Shown piece by piece: positions 31,007 to 37,062 of a DNA stretch of 64,000 bases. Numbering within the stretch: the first letter of the stretch is position 1; each line of letters begins with the position of its first letter. This DNA is from Terracidiphilus sp. (lineage in GTDB: Bacteria; Acidobacteriota; Terriglobia; Terriglobales; Acidobacteriaceae), in NCBI GenBank assembly GCA_049514795.1, contig JBEKUS010000004.1:46-64045 (forward strand). Reading direction: 5' to 3'. A model generated the notes under the pieces. That model searched no databases and was not told the origin of the DNA. It was given only the letters and a program-made list of their open reading frames with translations. The position numbers and the translations under genes are program-made.

Positions 31007-31750
31007 GTGAAGGCCCAGTATGTCGGTGATATCGGCGATTTTGGAAAGGTGCTCCTGCTCAAATGCCTTGCGAGCCTAGGTTTCAAGATCGGAATCAATT
31101 GGATTCTGACGGGAAAGAGCAAGAACAGCGATGGAAAGCATCGCGACTACGCCGCATACGGGCCGCGAGAGTGTCTCTGCTGTTGCGATGAAGAAATCTT
31201 CAATCGCATCCTCCCACTCGCGAGAAAGGAAGGGGATCAACGCGCAATAGAGGATCTGGAAGCAATAATTCGCAGCTTTTCACGTTCCACTGTCTTCTTT
31301 TCGAAGGAATATAAGAGCGGAAAGACGAGAGCGGACACCGAGGCAGAAGCACTAACAATGTTGGCGCCGAGTTTGGCGGATTTGGTCTTTTTCGACCCGG
31401 ACAATGGAATCGGGCGCATAGGCGGCACGTCTTCAAAACACGTTTATTATGCCGACCTGCGTCGTTACTGGGAGCGAGGTCAATCCGTGCTCGTGTATCA
31501 CCACTTGAGCCATGAGACTCCGCACGCCGCGCAGATCGACCTGAAGAAATCAGAACTGGAAAGCGAACTCCTCGACTCGAAGGTTTATTCATACTGGCTT
31601 CGTCGTGGCACAGCAAGAGTTTATTTTCTATGCGTCCAGCCAGCACATTTAATGAGAATCCGTGAGCATTCCACGTTTGCCGCGATTGAGCCATTGATAG
31701 TGATAAAGCGCGAGTGGAGGCGAAAAGTGGTTTGTCGCACTACTCATTGA
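31007..31750 (+). CDS. Hypothetical protein, distantly RlmJ-like architecture (no confident family)
   Basis: 247 aa, GTG start 15 nt after pyrG with a GGAGAG Shine-Dalgarno, AT-richer. N-terminal YVGDIGDFGKVLLLKCL, mid FFDPDNGI and VLVYHHL resemble RlmJ HAGNHADVLKH / IDPPYE / ALWYPV blocks from memory. Cys cluster CLCCC. Confidence 0.55.
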   Translation: MKAQYVGDIGDFGKVLLLKCLASLGFKIGINWILTGKSKNSDGKHRDYAAYGPRECLCCCDEEIFNRILPLARKEGDQRAIEDLEAIIRSFSRSTVFFSKEYKSGKTRADTEAEALTMLAPSLADLVFFDPDNGIGRIGGTSSKHVYYADLRRYWERGQSVLVYHHLSHETPHAAQIDLKKSELESELLDSKVYSYWLRRGTARVYFLCVQPAHLMRIREHSTFAAIEPLIVIKREWRRKVVCRTTH

Positions 31751-31754
31751 TGCC

Positions 31755-31799
31755 TCACCCGAGCAGCACCGCCCCCTTCGCCTTCCCTGCCAGCGCCCT
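31755..31799 (-). pseudogene. Fossil 3' end of a vapC-2-like PIN toxin gene (..RALAGKAKGAVLLG*)
   Basis: About 85% identical over about 49 nt to the 3' end of the intact vapC at 32559-32990 (..RALAERARGAVLLG*), including the stop and 5 nt beyond it. Truncated by the vapC-1 stop at 31799. Confidence 0.6.
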
Positions 31800-32224
31800 C
31801 ACGGCGCGACAATCTTCTCCGCCAAATCCGGCGCCACCATCTGGAAGTGCCGCACATTCCATGTGTAGATCCGCTCCGCGTTCACCTTGCGTGCGCAGGA
31901 CATCAGAAGCGCGTCGTAGATGATGCCGCCGGCCAGTCCCAGCTCTGCGATCCCACGAGCCGTCTTCACGACTTCATCCACGGTTAGCTCCACGCAGTGG
32001 AACTTCTTGCGAAATTCATCCAGCAATTGCATCGCCTGCGCTGGGCGGAAGCGGTTCGGCGGGCGCATCCCCGTTAGGCTGGCATACGCCTCGGCCAGGG
32101 TGTGAGCGGCGCAGGCGGCGTTGCCAGGATCGCACGCCCGCACCAGTTCGTTGCTGGCTGCGTAACGTTGATCGGCGGTGCGTACCGCGGCGATCAACAC
32201 CGACGTATCGAGAAAGACCTTCAC
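31799..32224 (-). CDS. vapC: PIN domain toxin VapC (module 1)
   Basis: (V)KVFLDTSVLIAAV.. N-terminus and a conserved acidic pattern. GTGA overlap with the upstream antitoxin. Confidence 0.8.
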   Translation of the reverse strand: MKVFLDTSVLIAAVRTADQRYAASNELVRACDPGNAACAAHTLAEAYASLTGMRPPNRFRPAQAMQLLDEFRKKFHCVELTVDEVVKTARGIAELGLAGGIIYDALLMSCARKVNAERIYTWNVRHFQMVAPDLAEKIVAP

Positions 32225-32502
32225 TCCAGGCCGCTTCCTTCCATGATCCTCTTGTGACGTTCTTCATAGCCTTGGCGGATCACCTCGTTCACATCCTCAA
32301 CCGTCAGTGGCGGCCCGCCCACCATCACCAGCAGCCCGTCCCGCATCTCCAGCCTCGGCTCTGGACAGTCCTGTTCCAGTACCAGGTGTTCCCCGGAGCG
32401 TTCAATCTTTAGCCTCGTCCCCGGCGTCAGGCGCAGGGCATCGCGGAACTTCTTTGGCACCACGATCCGGCCCGCACGGTCGATTTCTACAATGGCATTC
32501 AT
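32221..32502 (-). CDS. vapB: AbrB/MazE/SpoVT-type antitoxin VapB (module 1)
   Basis: MNAIVEIDRAGRIVVPKKFRDALRLTPGTRLKIERSGEHLVLE is a swapped-hairpin (SpoVT/AbrB) DNA-binding domain. Confidence 0.8.
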   Translation of the reverse strand: MNAIVEIDRAGRIVVPKKFRDALRLTPGTRLKIERSGEHLVLEQDCPEPRLEMRDGLLVMVGGPPLTVEDVNEVIRQGYEERHKRIMEGSGLE

Positions 32503-32531
32503 AATGCCATTATACCATCAGAAATGGCATT
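32491..32531. promoter_or_regulatory. vapB-1 operator: three 9-mers AATGGCATT / AATGCCATT / AATGGCATT
   Basis: Sites at 32491-32499, 32503-32511 and 32523-32531. The first two form a 21-bp palindrome centred on the vapB-1 start codon (32500-32502); the second and third form a 9-bp inverted repeat with an 11-nt spacer. Confidence 0.6.
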
Positions 32532-32558
32532 TCGTGGTCCGAAGCCTGAACTAATGCC

Positions 32559-32990
32559 TCACCCCAGCAGCACCGCCCCCCGCGCCCTTTCCGCCAGCGC
32601 CCGGTCGAACGTCACCAGAGTGAGCTGCGCGGCTTCCGCAAACGCAGCCAGATACGCATCCATCCATGTCTTGGGCGAAGGAGTGGCTCCCGCGGTCAAC
32701 GCCCGCAGCCCAACTTCCAGGTCGCGCGGTTCGTCTGCCCACGCCACTTGGCCGGTTGAAATCCAGCGGTCGTAGATCTGCCAGCATCCCTGTTGGGTCA
32801 GCACCTCCTGGCCCATCACTGTTGAGGTCGTCAGGATTCGGAAGAGTCCTAGTTGTGTTTGCCGGCAAAAGACAATCGTCGCGCTTGACGGAGTGGCTTC
32901 ATACCACTGCTTTGCAGTCGCGTGATGCGCATGCATCTCGAAATTCAGCGCGACCCACACATTTATGTCAGGAAAAAGCGGTGAGGTCAT
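32559..32990 (-). CDS. vapC: PIN domain toxin VapC (module 2)
   Basis: 143 aa. FPDINVWVAL... N-terminus, ..QLGLFRILT.., C-terminal LVTFDRAL. Overlaps its antitoxin by 23 nt. Confidence 0.75.
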   Translation of the reverse strand: MTSPLFPDINVWVALNFEMHAHHATAKQWYEATPSSATIVFCRQTQLGLFRILTTSTVMGQEVLTQQGCWQIYDRWISTGQVAWADEPRDLEVGLRALTAGATPSPKTWMDAYLAAFAEAAQLTLVTFDRALAERARGAVLLG

Positions 32991-33198
32991 CGATCTGCTC
33001 GTTGGTCAGCTCCAGCGTGCCCGGGCGCGTCGAGCGAATCAGAGGTAGTTGCAGCTTTCGCACCGGCCTCTCCTCCGCGCCCTCCAACTCCCGCCGAATT
33101 CCACGCAGAACAATCTGCCGCACTGGTTTGCCCTCGCGCACGGCCTTGATCTTCAAATCAAGATACATCTCATCCGGAATGTCCACTGTCGTACGCAT
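32968..33198 (-). CDS. vapB: VapB-type antitoxin (module 2)
   Basis: 76 aa. MRTTVDIPDEMYLDLKIKAVREGKPVRQIVLRGIRREL is typical of the small RHH-like antitoxins paired with this VapC class. Confidence 0.75.
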   Translation of the reverse strand: MRTTVDIPDEMYLDLKIKAVREGKPVRQIVLRGIRRELEGAEERPVRKLQLPLIRSTRPGTLELTNEQIDDLTAFS

Positions 33199-33199
33199 G

Positions 33200-33225
33200 A
33201 ATCCATAATAGCATATTTATGGATT
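33200..33225. promoter_or_regulatory. vapB-2 operator: AATCCATAA-N8-TTATGGATT immediately upstream of the start codon
   Basis: Perfect 9-bp inverted repeat (33200-33208/33217-33225), read directly. Confidence 0.55.
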
Positions 33226-33521
33226 TATGCCGCGTCCCTCACTAGTTCTTTTTGATTCACCAGGTTCCCGGGTCTTCGCGCCTGGCAGCACTCTTCCGCC
33301 AACCCCGTTCTGCGAAATTTCTTGAAAGTTTCTTCCCCAATCCAACGAGCCCTCAAGCGAATTCCCCGGCGATTTCGTCTACTCCGAACGGAGCGCCCTC
33401 TTCGAGGCGGGATTTGATGAAGAAGTGCTTAATCAACGGCATTACGCAGGGTCAGTTTGCTGGCCGCCGCCTTCTCATGGACCAGTCCGGTTCGCATCCC
33501 GGAACGCCGCTCTTCGGGTTA

Positions 33522-33551
33522 TTGACAAAGATTTCGCGCCGGGCCTATTGT
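33522..33551 (+). promoter_or_regulatory. Sigma-70-like promoter TTGACA-N18-TATTGT for the 33593 gene
   Basis: TTGACA at 33522-33527 and TATTGT at 33546-33551. Shine-Dalgarno AGGAAGGAA precedes ATG 33593. Confidence 0.45.
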
Positions 33552-33592
33552 GTCTAGGTTTTTGGGGAAGATCGGAAAGGAAGGAAATCGAG

Positions 33593-34153
33593 ATGGTTGC
33601 CTACTTTCAGCTTCAGCCCGCCGAAGCGGAGTTGCAGCAGTTGGCAGAGCAGTACTGGGAAGAAATCGGCGAAAAGGATCAAGACCTGGAAAGGGAGGCA
33701 TTTGCGGCCGGCGAGGCGATTCGCTACAAGGCCGAATATACATTGAAGAATCTGGAAGATATCGTCCGCTGGAAATCCGAAAGAACGGTACATTACCTGA
33801 TTCGAAACAGCGAAGAGATGATTCGCCGCGTCCTAGCCGTCGCTGCTTCCCCCGACTCCACGACCGAATCAGCGGTCAAGGCTCTACTCGAGTTGCACGG
33901 CGTCGATATCCCCGTCGCCTCGGCCATCCTGGCCGCGATCTTCCCCGAGCGCTACACCGTGCTCGACTATCGCGCCCTTGAAGCGCTTGGCCATGCCCGT
34001 CACGACGTGCGCTTCTACGAGGAGTACCTGGACTTCTGCAAGCGCCTGGCCGAGAGCAACATCGTCGAGCCGCAGAGCAATCTGCCGGCCCCCACGCCGC
34101 TGCGCACGCTCGACCGCGCCCTGTGGGAGTGGTCGCGCCGCCACGTCGGCTAG
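33593..34153 (+). CDS. Hypothetical protein resembling the '8-oxoguanine DNA glycosylase OGG-fold' family
   Basis: 186 aa. DIVRWKSERTVHYLIRNSEE...LLELHGVDIPVASAILAAIFPERYTVLDYRALEAL matches the WKS.R / GVG-PxASAIL / ..ILD.RA pattern I recall for that family. Not verified by search. Confidence 0.5.
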   Translation: MVAYFQLQPAEAELQQLAEQYWEEIGEKDQDLEREAFAAGEAIRYKAEYTLKNLEDIVRWKSERTVHYLIRNSEEMIRRVLAVAASPDSTTESAVKALLELHGVDIPVASAILAAIFPERYTVLDYRALEALGHARHDVRFYEEYLDFCKRLAESNIVEPQSNLPAPTPLRTLDRALWEWSRRHVG

Positions 34154-34286
34154 CCAGCGGCACAGTCCGCCGAATCGAACCCCGCGTGCTCTCCCTTCCC
34201 TCAACGGGCCCCTCCGGGAGCACGTGCATTCCTCGCATCCGTCACCCGCTGACTCCTGAGCACTGACCGCTGACGACTGTCCACTG

Positions 34287-34292
34287 TAGAAT
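34287..34292 (+). promoter_or_regulatory. -10 box TAGAAT 6 nt upstream of the kdsA GTG (leaderless-type arrangement)
   Basis: TAGAAT at 34287-34292, GTG at 34299, no Shine-Dalgarno. Confidence 0.4.
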
Positions 34293-34298
34293 CGCTTC

Positions 34299-35114
34299 GT
34301 GAGCCACTCCTTCGAAATCGGCCCCGTGCAAGTGGGTGCGGGCCGGCTCTTCCTGATCGCCGGTCCCTGCGTCATCGAGTCCGAAGCCCATGCACGCAAA
34401 ATGGCCGAATCCATCCAGCGCATCGCAGCCGATCTCGGCATTCCCTACATCTTCAAAGCCAGCTACGACAAGGCCAATCGCACCAGCGTGAAGAGCTTCC
34501 GTGGCCCCGGTTTGGTCGAAGGCACACGCATCCTCGGTTGCATCGCCCGCGAAACCGGTCTGCCCGTCCTCACCGATGTGCACGAGCCCGGCCACTGCGA
34601 AGTCGCCGCCGAAGCCGTCGACGTCCTCCAGATTCCCGCCTTCCTCTGCCGCCAGACCGACCTGCTTCTGGCTGCCGGCCGAACCGGCCGCGCCGTCAAC
34701 ATCAAGAAAGGCCAGTTCGTCGCGCCATGGGACATGAGCCACGGCGTCGAGAAGGTCCGCTCCACCGGCAACGAGCGCGTCTTCCTCACCGAGCGCGGCT
34801 CATCGTTCGGCTACAACAACCTCGTTGTCGACTTCCGCTCCCTCGCCGTCATGCGCTCGCTCGCCCCCGTGGTCTTCGACGCCACGCACTCCGTGCAGCA
34901 GCCATCGGCCGCCAACGGCGTCAGCGGCGGCCAGCCCGAGTTCATCCCGCTTTTGGCCCGAGCCGCTGTCGCCGCCGGCGTCGATGGCCTCTTTCTCGAG
35001 GTTCACGACGACCCGCCAAACGCCAAGTCCGACGCCGCCAACGCCCTCGACCTTAGGCTCCTCAAGCCGCTGCTCGATATGTTGCTTGCAATCCACGCGG
35101 CAACGGGAAAGTAG
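34299..35114 (+). CDS. kdsA: 3-deoxy-8-phosphooctulonate (KDO8P) synthase
   Basis: LFLIAGPCVIES, IPYIFKASYDKANRTS, LTDVHE, QIPAFLCRQTDLL, NIKKGQF and FDATHSVQ are canonical KdsA blocks. Confidence 0.9.
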   Translation: MSHSFEIGPVQVGAGRLFLIAGPCVIESEAHARKMAESIQRIAADLGIPYIFKASYDKANRTSVKSFRGPGLVEGTRILGCIARETGLPVLTDVHEPGHCEVAAEAVDVLQIPAFLCRQTDLLLAAGRTGRAVNIKKGQFVAPWDMSHGVEKVRSTGNERVFLTERGSSFGYNNLVVDFRSLAVMRSLAPVVFDATHSVQQPSAANGVSGGQPEFIPLLARAAVAAGVDGLFLEVHDDPPNAKSDAANALDLRLLKPLLDMLLAIHAATGK

Positions 35115-35203
35115 ATGGGTAGGTCGGCGAAACACCAGGTCGGTCAACTGGTCTTCCGTTCGTTTCGGAATCATTCCTCGCGTTTCCGGTGTCTAACGTG
35201 AAC

Positions 35204-36433
35204 ATGAGCCTGAGAAAGTGGACTTTCCGCGTCCTGGCCTTCGGAACGGTCGCCGTCGTGTCCCTGCTCGTCCTCACACTTTCAGCCGTGCAGACACAGC
35301 AGTGGCTACTGCGCTGGCGAGGCGAACGGCTGATGGCGGACATGCACCGGATCCGGCTCTACCAAAGCACCTGGGCTGACGCGTAGCAGTTGATGCATCG
35401 CTGGGGCGCCTGGGGACACTACGACGGTAAATGTGACCAGTCGAATTGCCGCTACAGTATCAAACTCGCCGATTCGATTTGGTACGACTCCGACTCCTCG
35501 AAGAGCCAATGGGCGGTCTGGCCCGGCCTTCTTGGCAGGCTCGGGCTACTTCAATGGTTCGGAGGGCGTCCCGCAGTGGTCGGGGCGACTTTTACCGTGC
35601 AGGATGGGACCATCTGGAGAGAGACTGCTTGGATCGTGGTTGACCCAGTCAAAATGTTCTCGGGCAACTCCAGTGAAGCGGGACCTGAACTTATCGTGGA
35701 GACCAAGAGCCGCCAGCGCCTTCGTGAGACTCTCGATGACTGGTGGGAGATGGGCGACGATGATCAACTGGCGCAACACCCGTACTACAAAGCCGGCATA
35801 CCAGGCGGATGCGAGATGAACTGTGAGGCAGCGGTTGTTACCTACTCCACCCGCACACCACCCGCTGAGATCGAGTGGCTTACTTCCTTCAATTTCTCTT
35901 GCCTGACCCGGTTTTCCCCGTGCACAACTCTGGAAGAACTGTTGCCGGCTGCGAATGGCTGGAACCTCTACCACGAAGGAGAATCAATCACTACTCAGCG
36001 ACGATCGTCACAGCCCAAGCCGTGCGACATCCCTGTGTGGGCGCTGGCCAGAGATGCCCGCTATGCCCTCGCCATCGAGGCCATCTCAAATGGAACCGAG
36101 CGCAGGTATGATCGCGTATTTGAGAAGGCGCGAGTCAGAATCGTCGCTATATTGAAAGGCAATCCTCCGTGGAAACAGGGCGCGATTCTGGACGCTTACC
36201 CATTCTCTGGCTCATCGGATTCTCCGCCGTTTGAAGAGCCGGAACACCTTCTCAATGGGAAACGCTATGTCGTTTTTCCGGCCGGAGATGACCGAAAAGA
36301 CATGAGGCTGACGCAGGATTCGCCGATCGGAATGGATCGCTGCGGCGTTCAGGACGACACTCCCGAAACCCGCCGTGAACTCGAGAGAGGCCTGGCGATG
36401 AACGACGACCTCCGCGTGCCGGAGCGGTGGTGA
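35204..36433 (+). pseudogene. Membrane-anchored hypothetical protein interrupted by an in-frame TAG at 35384-35386
   Basis: ORFs 35189-35386 and 35390-36433 are in the same frame (both coordinates are 2 mod 3). The reading runs ..RIRLYQSTWADA*QLMHRWGAWGHY.. Only the N-terminal piece has the TM anchor. Confidence 0.55.
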
Positions 36434-36451
36434 GGTTTATCCCTACGCTGC

Positions 36452-36982
36452 CTATGCGTGTCTCGTTTCCCGCACCACAATCGTCTCCGCAATCCGGTCG
36501 TGTACGCACTGGTGATTGGGATACAGATAGTACTGCAGGAATCCGAATCCCGCCTCTAGTGCGCTCGCGCCGTAGCCCAGCGCCCGCTCCAGCGACTGCC
36601 AAAGGGTCATCTTCTCGTGCGTGAGCGAAACCACGCGAATGCGCATCAAACGCTTGCCCAGCGTCGACCCGTTCGTTTTCCATGCAACGAGGCCAAAATA
36701 CAGCAGCATCCACCCGACCCACGCCAATTCCGTCACCATTTGGAATTCGAAACGCACTTGCACGTGGCCTGAGTGATATATCTCCTCGCGCATCCCAAGA
36801 ACGTCAAAGAGAAGATAGCGCAGCCCTCCCATCGCCGGGCCATACGTCGCGAAGATCAGCACCATGTCGATCGCATACGCCGCCAACCGCCGCCTGAACG
36901 ATGCCAGCGGCACGCCGGCCAGCGATTCCGCGCGCACTGTCTCATGCGGGTCGAAGACCCCGGGCTTCCTCATTATATGCAT
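36452..36982 (-). CDS. RDD family membrane protein
   Basis: ASFRRRLAAYAIDMVLIF... and ..HDRIAETIVV, a typical RDD domain with 3 TM helices. Confidence 0.7.
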   Translation of the reverse strand: MHIMRKPGVFDPHETVRAESLAGVPLASFRRRLAAYAIDMVLIFATYGPAMGGLRYLLFDVLGMREEIYHSGHVQVRFEFQMVTELAWVGWMLLYFGLVAWKTNGSTLGKRLMRIRVVSLTHEKMTLWQSLERALGYGASALEAGFGFLQYYLYPNHQCVHDRIAETIVVRETRHA

Positions 36983-37062
36983 AGAGACAATATATATTCG
37001 GCGCGGCTACCGCTCCCCGCATCCCGTCAGCGGGGGCCCCATTCCAGCCGCGTCATTTGCGG

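Noticed and set aside
33230-33520. Possible decayed gene remnants on the minus strand between vapB-2 and the OGG-like gene. Examples: MPLIKHFFIKSRLEEGAPFGVDEIAGEFA* and ..GLVHEKAAASKLTLRNAVD*.
   Set aside because: The fragments are under 30 codons, lie in different frames and match no family I can name. They are noted only as a hint that the islet contains eroded DNA. BLASTX would be needed.
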